DNA of 64,000 bases from an uncultured Candidatus Rokubacteria bacterium (GTDB lineage: Bacteria > Methylomirabilota > Methylomirabilia > Rokubacteriales > DASRDR01): assembly GCA_963826115.1 (NCBI GenBank), contig CAWGVS010000012.1, forward strand, positions 256,001 through 320,000, written 5' to 3'. A program made the position numbers and the translations under genes. Below the pieces are notes generated by a model. It was not told the origin of the DNA and made no database searches. It saw only the letters and a program-made list of their open reading frames with translations. Of this stretch, positions 1-10,001 are shown in pieces; within the stretch, counting starts at the first letter, position 1; each line of letters starts with the position of its first letter.

Positions 1-514
1 CGACATGTTCCGGCACCTCCGGGACCACTACGACGGCGGCACGATCCACCGGCCCGGCCGGAAGGACGGCGATCCCGAGGGCTGGTCGGTCTGCATGCAT
101 CCGGAGCCGGCGACCGGCGCGACGGCGGCGGCCATGGTGGCGGAGCTCGGGCGGGAGGGACCGGTGATCGCCTGGTGCGCCCAGACGACCCCGTGCACGA
201 GCGTGTTCCTCCCGGTCGCCGTCGGGGCGGCGCTGCCCGAGGCGCTCACGTCGGGGGTGGGCGAGCCCGACGGGCGGTCCGCCTGGTGGCTCATGAAGGC
301 GCTCGGGGACGAGGTGATGCGCGACCCGGTCGGGCGGACGCCCGCGGTCCAGCGCGTCTGGCACGCGTGGGAGCGGGAGCTCCTCGCCGCGGTCGCCGGC
401 GCCCGGACCGCGCTGGGCCGGGACCTGGCCGGGCGGGTCGAGGAGATGCTCCGACGGCGCGAAACGCTGCTGAGACAGGCGGCGGCGGCGCCGCTCGCCG
501 CCCACGGAGGATAG
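1..514 (+). CDS. Peptidase C69/secernin-like protein, C-terminal part (runs off window start)
   Basis: LRDH...SVCMH...TAAAMVAEL...PCTSVFLP...SAWW motifs resemble the C69/secernin C-terminus; frame is open from the window edge. Confidence 0.65.
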   Translation, partial: DMFRHLRDHYDGGTIHRPGRKDGDPEGWSVCMHPEPATGATAAAMVAELGREGPVIAWCAQTTPCTSVFLPVAVGAALPEALTSGVGEPDGRSAWWLMKALGDEVMRDPVGRTPAVQRVWHAWERELLAAVAGARTALGRDLAGRVEEMLRRRETLLRQAAAAPLAAHGG

Positions 515-518
515 CGCC

Positions 519-2108
519 ATGAGCCCGCGCCACCGCCCGTCGATGCCCTCCCGCCGGGACCTGCTCGTGGGGGCCGCCGCGCTCGGCGCGGCCGGGACCG
601 TCGGCCCCGCCATCCTGCGCCGGGCCGCCCACGCGCAGGAGCCGCGCGCCGGCGGCGTGCTGAAGGTCGCCATCATCGGCGAGCCGCCCTCGCTCGACGC
701 CCACTGGACGACGGCGAGCCTGACCTACGACGTGACCGCGCACCTCTACGAGCCGCTCTTCACGCTGGACGAGCGCTACGGCGTCGTCCCGATGCTGGCG
801 GAGGGCCACGCCGTCTCGGACGGGGGCAAGACCTGGACGATCCGCCTCCGCCGCGGCGTGCCGTTCCACAACGGGAAGGAGTGCGCCGCCGAGGACGTGG
901 TCGCCTCGCTCACGCGGTGGGGCCGGATCGCCAGCGTCGGGAAGGGGCTCTTCAAGAACGTGCAGAGCTTCCAGGCGAAGGACCGGTACACGGTGGAGCT
1001 CCGCTTCGGGGGCTGCTCGGGCCCCGTGCTGGCGGCGCTGGCCAACACCAGCCAGTTTCCGGCGATCTACCCGAAGGAGGTCGTGGACGCGGCGGGCGAC
1101 GGCCAGATCAAGGACTTCATCGGGACCGGGCCGTTCCGCTTCGTCGAGCGGGTCCCCGATCGGCACACGCGCATGGCGCGCTTCGACAAGTACGCGGCGC
1201 GCGCCGAGGCTCCCAACGGCTACGGCGGGCGGCGGACCGCGTACGTGGACGAGCTCCAGTTCATCCCGGTGCCAGACGTGTCGGTGCGGGCGGCCGGCGT
1301 CGAGTCGGGCGAGTTCCACTTCAGCGACTGGATCGCCCCCGACAACTACGAGCGCCTGACCCGCAACTCGCGGCTCGACGTCATGCTCGTCAAGCCGAAC
1401 GAATGGGTCAGCGCCATCTTCAACAAGAAGCAGGGCCCGTTCGCCAATCGGGCGCTCCGCCAGGCGTTCCTCGCCGCCCTCGACATGGAGCCGATCATGC
1501 GGTCCGCGGTCGGCGCGCCGGAGTTCTACCGCCTGGACCCGAGCCTGATCTTCCGGGAGCAGGTGTGGTGGTCGGACGTCGGCAAGGACGTCTACAACCG
1601 GCCGGACAAGGAAAAGGCCCAGCGGCTCATGCGGGAGGCCGGCTACAAGGGCGAGCCGATCCGCTGGATGGCGACCCAGTTCTACGACTGGATGTACAAG
1701 TCGGCGCTCGCCGCCAAGCAGCAGCTCGAGGACGTCGGCTTCAACATCGACCTCCAGGTGCTCGAGTGGGCGACCGTCGTCCAGCGCCGCAACGATCCCA
1801 AGCTCTACGACGTCTTCACCACCGGGATCGGCTTCAACACCGACCCCTCCCAGATGGTCGTGCTCTCCTGCGACTGGCCGGGCTGGACGTGCGATCCGAA
1901 GCTCGACGCGCTCCAGTCCCGGATGGCGTGCGAGACCGACTTCGCCCGTCGCAAGGCGGTCTGGGAGGAGATCCAGCGCTGGTTCTGGGACGAGGTCCCG
2001 GTGGTCAAGCTCGGCGACTTCTTCACGCTCCGCGTCAAGCAGAAGACCGTGGCCGGCTACGCGAACCGTTACCGGCCGTTCTTCTGGAACGTGGGGCTCC
2101 GGGCCTAG
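519..2108 (+). CDS. ABC transporter substrate-binding protein, family 5 (peptide/nickel), Tat signal
   Basis: SRRDLL twin-Arg signal; LYEPLFTLD...PMLAE, LRRGVPFHNG, IGTGPF motifs; GGAGG SD upstream. Confidence 0.9.
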   Translation: MSPRHRPSMPSRRDLLVGAAALGAAGTVGPAILRRAAHAQEPRAGGVLKVAIIGEPPSLDAHWTTASLTYDVTAHLYEPLFTLDERYGVVPMLAEGHAVSDGGKTWTIRLRRGVPFHNGKECAAEDVVASLTRWGRIASVGKGLFKNVQSFQAKDRYTVELRFGGCSGPVLAALANTSQFPAIYPKEVVDAAGDGQIKDFIGTGPFRFVERVPDRHTRMARFDKYAARAEAPNGYGGRRTAYVDELQFIPVPDVSVRAAGVESGEFHFSDWIAPDNYERLTRNSRLDVMLVKPNEWVSAIFNKKQGPFANRALRQAFLAALDMEPIMRSAVGAPEFYRLDPSLIFREQVWWSDVGKDVYNRPDKEKAQRLMREAGYKGEPIRWMATQFYDWMYKSALAAKQQLEDVGFNIDLQVLEWATVVQRRNDPKLYDVFTTGIGFNTDPSQMVVLSCDWPGWTCDPKLDALQSRMACETDFARRKAVWEEIQRWFWDEVPVVKLGDFFTLRVKQKTVAGYANRYRPFFWNVGLRA

Positions 2109-2860
2109 CCTCCGGCCGGACCCCGCCCGCGGTCGATCGGCCGCGACGGCGGCTCGACGCGCAGGCCGACCAGGCGCTCCATCGTCGCCGGGTCCTCGCG
2201 AAGGTCCGAGGACCGCCCGCGGTGGGCGACCCCGCCGCCCTCGAGCACGACCGCCGTCTCCGTGAGGGACAGCGCGAGCTCGACGTGCTGCTCGACCAGG
2301 ACGACGGCCACGCCCTGCTCCGCCCGCACGCGCCGGACCGCGGCGACCAGCTCCTCGACCACGATCGGCGCGAGCCCTTCCAGGGGCTCGTCGAGCAGCA
2401 GAAGCGCGGGGTTCGTCATGAGCGCCCGCCCGATGGCGAGCATCTGCTGCTCCCCGCCCGACAGGTGGTCCCCGCGGCTCTTCCGGCGCTCCGCGAGCCT
2501 CGGGAAGAGCGCGTAGACGCGCCCCAGGTCCCACGGGCCCGGGCGCGCTGCCACCGCGAGGTTCTCCTCGACGGTCAGGGAGGGAAAGACCTCGCGCTCC
2601 TGGGCGACCCAGCCAAGGCCGGCGAGCGCGCGGCGATGGGGCGGGACCGCGCCGAGATCCCGGCCGCGCCACCGGAGGGCGCCCCGGGTCACGTCGGCGA
2701 GGCCCATGATCGCGAGGAGGAGCGTCGTCTTCCCCACCCCGTTCCGGCCCAGCACGGCCAGGCTGCCTCCGGGCGCCACGTCGAGCGTGACGGCGTCGAG
2801 GACCACCGCGTCGCCGTAGCCCACGCGCACGCCGTCCACGGCGAGCAGCGGCTCAGTCAT
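2105..2860 (-). CDS. livF: Branched-chain amino acid-type ABC transporter ATP-binding protein (LivF-like)
   Basis: GRNGVGKTT Walker A, LSGGEQQM signature, LLLDEP Walker B, VEQH. Confidence 0.9.
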   Translation of the reverse strand: MTEPLLAVDGVRVGYGDAVVLDAVTLDVAPGGSLAVLGRNGVGKTTLLLAIMGLADVTRGALRWRGRDLGAVPPHRRALAGLGWVAQEREVFPSLTVEENLAVAARPGPWDLGRVYALFPRLAERRKSRGDHLSGGEQQMLAIGRALMTNPALLLLDEPLEGLAPIVVEELVAAVRRVRAEQGVAVVLVEQHVELALSLTETAVVLEGGGVAHRGRSSDLREDPATMERLVGLRVEPPSRPIDRGRGPAGG

Positions 2861-3611
2861 GCCGGCCTCGGCCCAGGTACACCTCGCGCACCCGCGGATC
2901 CGCCGCGACCTCGGCGGGCGGACCCTCCATCAGGATCTGGCCGCCGACCATGACGACGATGCGCCGCGCGAACCGGAACACGACGCTCATGTCGTGCTCG
3001 ATGAACAGCACCGCGATGTCCTCGGAGAGGCCGTCGATCGCGTCGAAGAGCTCCGCGCTCTCGCCCTTCGGCACGCCGGCAGCCGGCTCGTCCAGCAGGA
3101 GCACCGCGGGCCGCGTGGCGAGCGCGAGCGCGATCTCGAGCAGGCGCTGCTGGCCGTAGGCGAGCTCGCGGATCGGTCGGCGCCAGCTCAGGCCGAGCCG
3201 CAGGGACACGAGGATCTGGTGCGCCTCGTCGAGCGCCTCGCGAAAGGCCGGGAGCCGCCGCCAGAACACGCCCGCGACCCCCCGCCGCTCGCACACCGCC
3301 AGCGCCACCGCCTCGAGGGCCGTGAGGTGCGGGAACAGGGTGTTGATCTGGAAGGTCCGCACCAGTCCCCGCTTGACGCGGGCCTCGGGCGCGAGGCTCG
3401 TGATCTCCTCGCCCCCGAGGTAGATGCGCCCGCGGTCGGCCGGGAGCATGCCGGTGATCATGTTGATGAGCGTGGTCTTGCCGGCGCCGTTCGGCCCGAT
3501 GAGCGCGTAGCGCTCGCCCCGCGGCAGCGTCAGCTCGACGCTCCGGGCGACGACGAGCGATCCGAAGCTCTTGTCGAGCCCGCGGGTGGACAGGGCGGCG
3601 GGCGCGGTCAG
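2853..3611 (-). CDS. livG: ABC ATP-binding protein (LivG-like); probable CTG start
   Basis: Frame extends upstream of the listed ATG (3461) through GPNGAGKTT Walker A to a CTG at 3611-3609 overlapping the livM TGA; LAYGQQRLLEIA, LLLDEP, IEHDM. Confidence 0.85.
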   Translation of the reverse strand: MTAPAALSTRGLDKSFGSLVVARSVELTLPRGERYALIGPNGAGKTTLINMITGMLPADRGRIYLGGEEITSLAPEARVKRGLVRTFQINTLFPHLTALEAVALAVCERRGVAGVFWRRLPAFREALDEAHQILVSLRLGLSWRRPIRELAYGQQRLLEIALALATRPAVLLLDEPAAGVPKGESAELFDAIDGLSEDIAVLFIEHDMSVVFRFARRIVVMVGGQILMEGPPAEVAADPRVREVYLGRGRHD

Positions 3612-4603
3612 GCCGCCCTCCGAGACCGCGCGCCGAGGCGCGCCAGGCCCCCGAGGATCCCCCCCGGAAACCCCATCACGACGGCGACGAGCAGGAGGCC
3701 GATCCAGAAGTACCAGTACTGGGGGTTGATGCCGGAGAAGCGGTCACGGGCGACCATGAAGATGAGCGCCCCGATCAGGCCGCCGTAGAGGCGCCCGGCG
3801 CCGCCCAGCACCAGCATGACCACCAGCTCGGCCGACCGCTGGAAGCTCAGCACCTCCAGCGCCACGGTCTGGGTCGTCTGGGCCAGGAGCGCGCCGGCCA
3901 CGCCGGCCATCACCGCCGACATCGTGTAGATCCGGCGGACGTGCACCCGGCTCGACACGCCGATCGCCGGCATCCGGGTCGCGTTCTCCCGGATGCCCCG
4001 CAGCGAGAGCCCGAACGGCGAGTACGTCATGCGCCGGGCGCCGAGAAAGATCAGGAAGAGCACCGCCAGCGAGTAGCCGAACGCCGTGTAGCCGTAGAGG
4101 TCGAACCGCAGGTGGCCGAGGAGCGGCCAGGTGCGCACGCCCTGGAGGCCGTCGGCGCCGCCGGTGAGCCAGTGCGCCCGGTTCGCCGCCTCGTGGAGCA
4201 GCACCCCGAGGCCCAGCGTGATCATGATCAGGGCCAGATGACGGACGCGCGCGATGACGAAGCTCGTGGCGTAGCCGACCGCGCCGGCCACCGCCGCGCC
4301 GATCACGAGGCCGGACAGGGGCTCGCCCCACCCGCGCTGCGAGACGATCCCGGCGGCGTAGGCGCCCAGGCCGAAGAACGCCGCGTGGCCGAGCGACACG
4401 ATGCCCGCGTAGCCGAGGATCAGATCGAGCGACAGCGCGAACAGCGCCGTGATCGCGACCTGGCTGGCGAGAACCAGGTACGACGGCGCCAGGAGTAACG
4501 GGAGCGGGGCGGCCAGCCAGAACAGGACCTCCAGCGGCCGCCACCGCGTCTCCGCCTCGGCCCACTCGAGGGGCCCCGCGGTCGCCCCCGAAGCCCCGCC
4601 CAT
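3608..4603 (-). CDS. livM: Branched-chain amino acid ABC permease (LivM-like)
   Basis: Hydrophobic; LILGYAGIVSLGHAAFFGLGAY, TGGADGL, SPFG..LRGIREN. Confidence 0.9.
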   Translation of the reverse strand: MGGASGATAGPLEWAEAETRWRPLEVLFWLAAPLPLLLAPSYLVLASQVAITALFALSLDLILGYAGIVSLGHAAFFGLGAYAAGIVSQRGWGEPLSGLVIGAAVAGAVGYATSFVIARVRHLALIMITLGLGVLLHEAANRAHWLTGGADGLQGVRTWPLLGHLRFDLYGYTAFGYSLAVLFLIFLGARRMTYSPFGLSLRGIRENATRMPAIGVSSRVHVRRIYTMSAVMAGVAGALLAQTTQTVALEVLSFQRSAELVVMLVLGGAGRLYGGLIGALIFMVARDRFSGINPQYWYFWIGLLLVAVVMGFPGGILGGLARLGARSRRAA

Positions 4604-4606
4604 CGC

Positions 4607-5470
4607 TCAGCGCCTCCCGAGCAGGCCGGCCGGGCGCCACATCAGCAGGCCGACCATCACCAGGTAGATGAGGAACGCGCCGAGCTCGGGCACGTAGTAC
4701 TTGCCGGCGACGTCGCTGATCCCGAGGACGCTCGCGGCCACGAAGGACCCGCCGATCGACCCGAGCCCGCCCACCGACACGACGATCAGGACGTACACGA
4801 GGTAGGTGAACGCGAACGCCGGATCGAGGCCGACGATCTCGATCGCCAGCGCGCCCCCGAGGCCCGCCAGCCCGCTGCCGAGGGCGAAGGTGATCGCGAA
4901 GGCGCCGTCGACGTCGATCCCGAGGCCGCGGGCCATGCGCTGGTTGTCGACCGCCGCGCGCACCCGGGCGCCGAACCGCGTCCATTCGAGCGCGGCCACC
5001 AGGGCCCCCGCGACGACCACCGCCGTCGCGGCGAGGAAGAGGCGATACACGCCGAGCCGGACCCCGGCGACGGCCAGCGCGCCCCGCAGGTACGGAGGCA
5101 TCGTCACGGGCTGCTGCACCGTGCCGAAGACGTAGGCCGCCGTCGCGGCGGCCATGAACGTGAGCCCGATCGTCAGCAGGCACTGGTCGAGCTCGCCGGC
5201 GCGGTAGAGGCGGCGGTAGAGCGTCCGCTCCAGCACGACGCTCGCCGCCGCCGCCGCCAGGAAGGCGACGGGCAGCGTGACGAGGAAGGGCCAGCCCAGG
5301 CGGCTCATCAGGGTCACGGTCACGTAGCCGCCCAGCATCGCGAAACTCGTGTGCGCCAGGTTGACGAAGTTCATCATCCCCAGCGTCACCGAGAGCCCCA
5401 CCGACAGGAGGAACAGGAGCATCCCGTAGGCGAACCCGTCGAACAGGATGCCCACGACCGGCGCGAGCAC
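4607..5470 (-). CDS. livH: Branched-chain amino acid ABC permease (LivH-like)
   Basis: GLSVTLGMMNFVNLAH, TRFG..VRA, GGLGS, RPAGLLG. Confidence 0.9.
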   Translation of the reverse strand: MLAPVVGILFDGFAYGMLLFLLSVGLSVTLGMMNFVNLAHTSFAMLGGYVTVTLMSRLGWPFLVTLPVAFLAAAAASVVLERTLYRRLYRAGELDQCLLTIGLTFMAAATAAYVFGTVQQPVTMPPYLRGALAVAGVRLGVYRLFLAATAVVVAGALVAALEWTRFGARVRAAVDNQRMARGLGIDVDGAFAITFALGSGLAGLGGALAIEIVGLDPAFAFTYLVYVLIVVSVGGLGSIGGSFVAASVLGISDVAGKYYVPELGAFLIYLVMVGLLMWRPAGLLGRR

Positions 5471-5510
5471 GAGGCCCTGGCCGCGACCGATCAGCCGGCG
5501 AGGCCGGCGG

Positions 5511-6689
5511 TCATGGCTTCATGCGCGCCTTCACCGGATCCTTGACGTTCTCCACCTTGTCGAACTCGACGTTCTTGAGCTGGCCGCCGACGCTCTCGAC
5601 GCGCCGGATGTACACCGTCTGGATGATGTCGCGCGTATCGGGGTCGATCGAGACGGGCCCGCGGGGGCTCTCCCAGCGCATGCCCTTGGCCGCCGCGATC
5701 AGGGAGTCGCCGTCGGTCTTGCCGCCCGTCTTCTTGAGCGCCTCGTAGATCAGGTGGATGCCGTCGTACCCGCCGATGCTGTAGATGTTCGGGTTCCGTC
5801 CGTAGGCGTCGTGGTAGGCCTTCACGAACTCCCGGTTCAGCGCGGAGTCGTGGTTGTAGTCGTAGTGGTACGCGGTGACGATCCCGAGCCCGGCCTCGCC
5901 CATGCTCCGGAGGGCCTCTTCCTCGGTGATCTCCCCCTGTCCCAGGACGCGCATCGTCTTCGGGTCGACGCCGCGATCGGCCAGGGCCTTGCCGATCGCG
6001 GCCGGCTGCACGCCGCCCGGCACCCAGATGTAGATCGCCTCGGGATTCAGGTCCTTCGCGCGCTGGACGAAGGCCGAGAAGTCGGGGTTGGCCAGCGGGA
6101 ACCGCACCGACCCGATGATCTCGCCGCCCGCCTCCTTGAACGCGCGCTGGAACGCGCCCTCGGCGTCGTGCGCCGGGCCGAAGTCGGAGACCATGGAGTA
6201 GACCTTCCGGACGCCGCTCTTGAAGGCCCACGCGCCCAGGGACTCGTTCAGCTGCGGCGTGGTGACCGAGGTGCGCGCGATGTACGGCGACTTGGTCGTG
6301 ATGATCGACGTGGCGGCGTTCATGACCACCATGAACTTCTTCGCCTCGGCCGAGACGTCGGCCGCCGCGAGGGCGTTGGGCGTGAGCACGAAGCCCGCGA
6401 GCATGTCCACCTGGTCGCGGACGATCAGCTCCTGCGCCAGGCGCTTGGCGACGTCCGGCGCGGCGCCGCCGGTGTCGCGGCGGATGAATTCGAGCTTCCG
6501 GCCGGCGACCGTGTCGCCCTTCTGCTTCACGTAGAGCTTGATCGCGTTGTCCATCTGGGTCGCCGTGTCGGCGAACTGCCCGGAGTACGGCATGATCACG
6601 CCGATCTTGATCGTGCCCTGGGCGTGCGCCGCCGTGAGGGAGGCGATCGAGAGCGCGAGACCAACGAGTCCGGCCACGAATCTGTTCAT
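5511..6689 (-). CDS. Periplasmic binding protein, Liv/Peripla_BP_6 family (possibly aromatic acid-binding)
   Basis: Signal peptide MNRFVAGLVG..AHA; IKIGVIMPYSG, ESPRGP; GGAGG SD before ATG 6689. Confidence 0.85.
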   Translation of the reverse strand: MNRFVAGLVGLALSIASLTAAHAQGTIKIGVIMPYSGQFADTATQMDNAIKLYVKQKGDTVAGRKLEFIRRDTGGAAPDVAKRLAQELIVRDQVDMLAGFVLTPNALAAADVSAEAKKFMVVMNAATSIITTKSPYIARTSVTTPQLNESLGAWAFKSGVRKVYSMVSDFGPAHDAEGAFQRAFKEAGGEIIGSVRFPLANPDFSAFVQRAKDLNPEAIYIWVPGGVQPAAIGKALADRGVDPKTMRVLGQGEITEEEALRSMGEAGLGIVTAYHYDYNHDSALNREFVKAYHDAYGRNPNIYSIGGYDGIHLIYEALKKTGGKTDGDSLIAAAKGMRWESPRGPVSIDPDTRDIIQTVYIRRVESVGGQLKNVEFDKVENVKDPVKARMKP

Positions 6690-6993
6690 GGACCCTCCCT
6701 GGTTCGACATCGGCGTGACGGCCGCATCCTCTGAGTCCGCGCGGAGTCCCCGCCGCGAACGGGCGGGCGCCGGGCGGGCGCGCCTAGGGTAACGCGGCCG
6801 GCCGGCCGGAGCCAGTGTCTTCTCGCGGGGCCACCGGAGCTCCGTGCTAGGATCGGCCTCGGCACGTGAACACGCGGTGGAGCATCCACGCAGCGACCCG
6901 ACTGGCTCCGCGCCGGCGTGTCCGACCGCCTGCCGCACCGGCCCCCGCCCGATCGTCCGCCGACCCGCCGCGCCAGCCGGCCGGGCTCCCCTG

Positions 6994-9915
6994 ATGCCGG
7001 CCGGCAGCGGCGCCTCGCCGGGCCGGACCCGCCGCTGGCAGTTCCGGCTCCGCGTCCACATCGCCACCATGTTCGTGGCGGTCATCGCCGCCGCCGGGCT
7101 CGCCATCGTCGGCTACGGCTACCGCGCGACGTCGCGGCTGCTTCTGTCCGCCGGCGACGACGAGTTCCTCCACGTGGCGGAGCGCACTGCCGGCCATGTC
7201 CGGGCGCTCCTGGCCCCCGCCCGGCTGCTGGTGGAGCTCCTCGCCCACCATCGCATCACGGGGACCACCGACCTGGCGGCGCGGCTCGATTCCTTACCGT
7301 TCCTGACCACCGCCCTCGCGGCGCACCCCGAGATCTCCGCCGTGTACGTCGGCTTCGCCAACGGCGACTTCTTCCTGGTGCGCTCGCTCCCGGAAGCCGT
7401 GCGGCCGGGCCTGGGCGCGCCGCCAGACGCGGCGTTCCTCGTCCAGAGCCTGGCGGCCACCGACCGGCCCACCCCGGGCCGCTACATCTTCGTGGACGCG
7501 CGGCTCGGCATCCTCCGGAACGAGCCCCGCCCGGCCTACCGGTTCGACCCGCGGACCCGGGACTGGTACCAGCGCGCCACGGCGACCACGAGCCTCGTGC
7601 GCACGAATCCCTACGTGTTCTTCACCACCCGCGAGGTCGGCACGACGCTCGCGCAGCGGGCCGCGGCCGGGGGGACCGTCGTCGGCGTGGACATCACGCT
7701 CCAGGAGCTCTCGCGGCACCTCGCCGAGTCGCGCGTGACCTTTTCCGCGCAGGTCGCCCTCGTCGACCGGCTGGGCCTGGTGATCGCGTATCCGGACGCG
7801 GCCCGGCTCGTCCGCACCGCCCCGGGGGGCGAGGCCGGGCTCACCCGGCTCGCGGATCTCGGCCAGCCCGCGCTCGGCCAGCTCCTCGCCGCGCCCGCCG
7901 GGTCGGCCGGCGGCCACGTCGCGCTGTCCCTCCCCGGCGGGGAGTGGGTGGGCGCCAAGCGCGGCGTCGACATGGACGCGGGCGAGCCGCTGATCCTGCT
8001 CCTGGCCGCTCCCCGCCGGGAGCTGGTCGCGGAGGCCCGCGGTCTCGCGCAGTGGCAGGTCCTCATCGGGCTCGCCGTCCTCGGCCTCGCGCTGATCGTC
8101 GTCTGGCTCTCCGCGCGCCTCATCTCCCGGCCGCTCGAGACGCTGACCCGGTCCGTCGAGCGCATGGGCGGCGGCGATCTCGACACGCGGCTCCCCGCGA
8201 TCTGGAATCCCTTCGAGGTGAGCGCCCTCCGCGACATGACCGACCACATGCGGCGGCAACTGCGGCGCAACATCGAGGAGCGCGCCGCGCGGCTCGCGGA
8301 GGAGCAGCGCCGGGCCCGGGAGCTCGAGATCGCCCGGAACATCCAGCAGTCCATGCTCCCGGCGGGGAGCGCCGCGCCCCTCGACGGCCGGTGCCGGATC
8401 GCGGCGATACTTCAGCCTGCCCGCGAGGTCGGCGGGGACCTCTACGACTTCTTCCCGCTGGACGGCCAGCGGCTCGTCATCACCATCGCCGACGTCGCGG
8501 ACAAGGGCATGCCCGCCGCGCTCCTGATGGCGCGGGTGACCGGGCTCCTGCGCGCGATCGGACGCGGCGAGACCGGACCCGACGAGATCCTCCGGGAGCT
8601 CGACGCGCGGCTCTCCGAGGGCAACGACATGTGCATGTTCGTCACGATGGCGTGCGCGGTCCTCGACGGCGAGAGCGGCGAGCTGCGCTTCGCGAGCGCG
8701 GGCCACGAGCGGCCGCTCCTGCGGCGGGCCGGCGGCGCGACCCGCGTGCTCGTGACCGAGGGCGGGCCCGCGCTCGGCCTGGACGCCCGCGAGGGATTCC
8801 CGGTGTGGGTCGGGTACCTGGCGCCCGGCGACGCGCTGGTGCTCTGCACCGACGGGGTGACCGAGGCGTTCGACGCGGCGGGCGAGGCCTTCGGCCTGGA
8901 GCGGTTCCGACAGGTCGTCGCCGAGGCGCGCACGGACGCGCTCGACGCCCTGCCGGGCCGGCTCGTGGAGGCGATCGAGCGGTTCTCCACGGGCGGGTTC
9001 CCGCGGGACGACATGGCGATGGTGGCGCTCCAGTACCGGCCCACCGGCGTGCGGGTGGACGCGGCCGGCGTGGAGTCCTGGCAGCTCGCGGTGGCCAGCG
9101 AGCCCGACGCGCTCGCCGCCGCGCTCCGCGCCATCGAGGGCATCCTGCGGGCCCGGGGCGTGCCGGCCACCACCCACCACGACTGCGTCCTGGCTCTGGA
9201 GGAGCTCCTCGCCAACGTGATGACCCACGCCTATGGCGGCCAGCCCGGCCGGGAGGCGCGCGTCGAGATCCGGATGCCGCCGGAAGAGATCCAGGTCCGG
9301 ATCGAGGACGCGGGGCCGCCCTTCAATCCCCTGGAGGCGCCCGAGCCGGACCTCGAGGCACCCTTGGCCGAGCGGCCGATCGGAAAGCTCGGCCTGGTCC
9401 TGATCAAGCACCTCGCGACCCGCTGGGAATACGCGCGCGAGGGCGCGGCCAACGTCCACACGCTCCTGTGGACACGACCGGCCGAGACGTCAGACGGGGC
9501 GTCGCTCGAGACGGCGACGGCCCCCGGAGAAGGAGGAGAGATGAGCCTAGACATCGAGACCGGCTCGAGTCCGACCGAGCGACGGGTGACGCTGCGCGGG
9601 CGCCTCGACAGCCTCACCGCCCCCAACCTGGACGCCGAGCTCGCGCCCGTGCTGGACGACCGTGCCGTCACGTCCCTCGTGTTCCAGCTGGAGGGCCTCG
9701 ACTACATCAGCAGCGCGGGCATCCGCTGCATCATCCGCGCGCGCAAGGCGGTCGAGGGACGCGGCGGCACTGTCGCCATCGTCAACGCGCAGCCCGCGGT
9801 CCGCAAGGTGTTCGAGATCGTGAAGGCGCTCCCCTCCGATCAGGTCTTCGCGAGCCAGGCCGAGTTCGACGCCTACCTCGACCGGATGCAGCGCCGGGCG
9901 CGCGAGACCCGCTGA
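6994..9915 (+). CDS. Membrane Cache-HAMP-PP2C(SpoIIE/RsbU)-HATPase(RsbW)-STAS(RsbV) fusion protein
   Basis: Two TM segments around a Cache-like domain (DPRTRDWY, PYVFF); IQQSMLP, EVGGDLYD, IADVADKG, TDGVTEA, DDMA (PP2C); LEELLANVMTHAY, D.GPPFNP, G.LGL (RsbW); GRLD, LDYISSAGIR (STAS); no internal stop. Confidence 0.85.
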   Translation: MPAGSGASPGRTRRWQFRLRVHIATMFVAVIAAAGLAIVGYGYRATSRLLLSAGDDEFLHVAERTAGHVRALLAPARLLVELLAHHRITGTTDLAARLDSLPFLTTALAAHPEISAVYVGFANGDFFLVRSLPEAVRPGLGAPPDAAFLVQSLAATDRPTPGRYIFVDARLGILRNEPRPAYRFDPRTRDWYQRATATTSLVRTNPYVFFTTREVGTTLAQRAAAGGTVVGVDITLQELSRHLAESRVTFSAQVALVDRLGLVIAYPDAARLVRTAPGGEAGLTRLADLGQPALGQLLAAPAGSAGGHVALSLPGGEWVGAKRGVDMDAGEPLILLLAAPRRELVAEARGLAQWQVLIGLAVLGLALIVVWLSARLISRPLETLTRSVERMGGGDLDTRLPAIWNPFEVSALRDMTDHMRRQLRRNIEERAARLAEEQRRARELEIARNIQQSMLPAGSAAPLDGRCRIAAILQPAREVGGDLYDFFPLDGQRLVITIADVADKGMPAALLMARVTGLLRAIGRGETGPDEILRELDARLSEGNDMCMFVTMACAVLDGESGELRFASAGHERPLLRRAGGATRVLVTEGGPALGLDAREGFPVWVGYLAPGDALVLCTDGVTEAFDAAGEAFGLERFRQVVAEARTDALDALPGRLVEAIERFSTGGFPRDDMAMVALQYRPTGVRVDAAGVESWQLAVASEPDALAAALRAIEGILRARGVPATTHHDCVLALEELLANVMTHAYGGQPGREARVEIRMPPEEIQVRIEDAGPPFNPLEAPEPDLEAPLAERPIGKLGLVLIKHLATRWEYAREGAANVHTLLWTRPAETSDGASLETATAPGEGGEMSLDIETGSSPTERRVTLRGRLDSLTAPNLDAELAPVLDDRAVTSLVFQLEGLDYISSAGIRCIIRARKAVEGRGGTVAIVNAQPAVRKVFEIVKALPSDQVFASQAEFDAYLDRMQRRARETR

Positions 9916-9954
9916 CCGCCGCCCCGCGGCCGGCGATCGGGCCGGGCTCCGGGA

Positions 9955-9983
9955 TTGACGCCGCGCGGCGGGCCCGCTACCGT
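9955..9983 (+). promoter_or_regulatory. Putative sigma-70 promoter for the phyH-like gene
   Basis: TTGACG-N17-TACCGT, ending 18 nt before ATG 10002. Confidence 0.5.
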
Positions 9984-10001
9984 GGGCCGGCGCCTCGTCG
10001 C

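Noticed and set aside
6918-10001. 1369-aa ORF as one giant protein
   Set aside because: The first ~1028 aa are Arg/Pro/Gly-rich off-frame shadow of the PP2C fusion gene; only the PhyH part from 10002 is real
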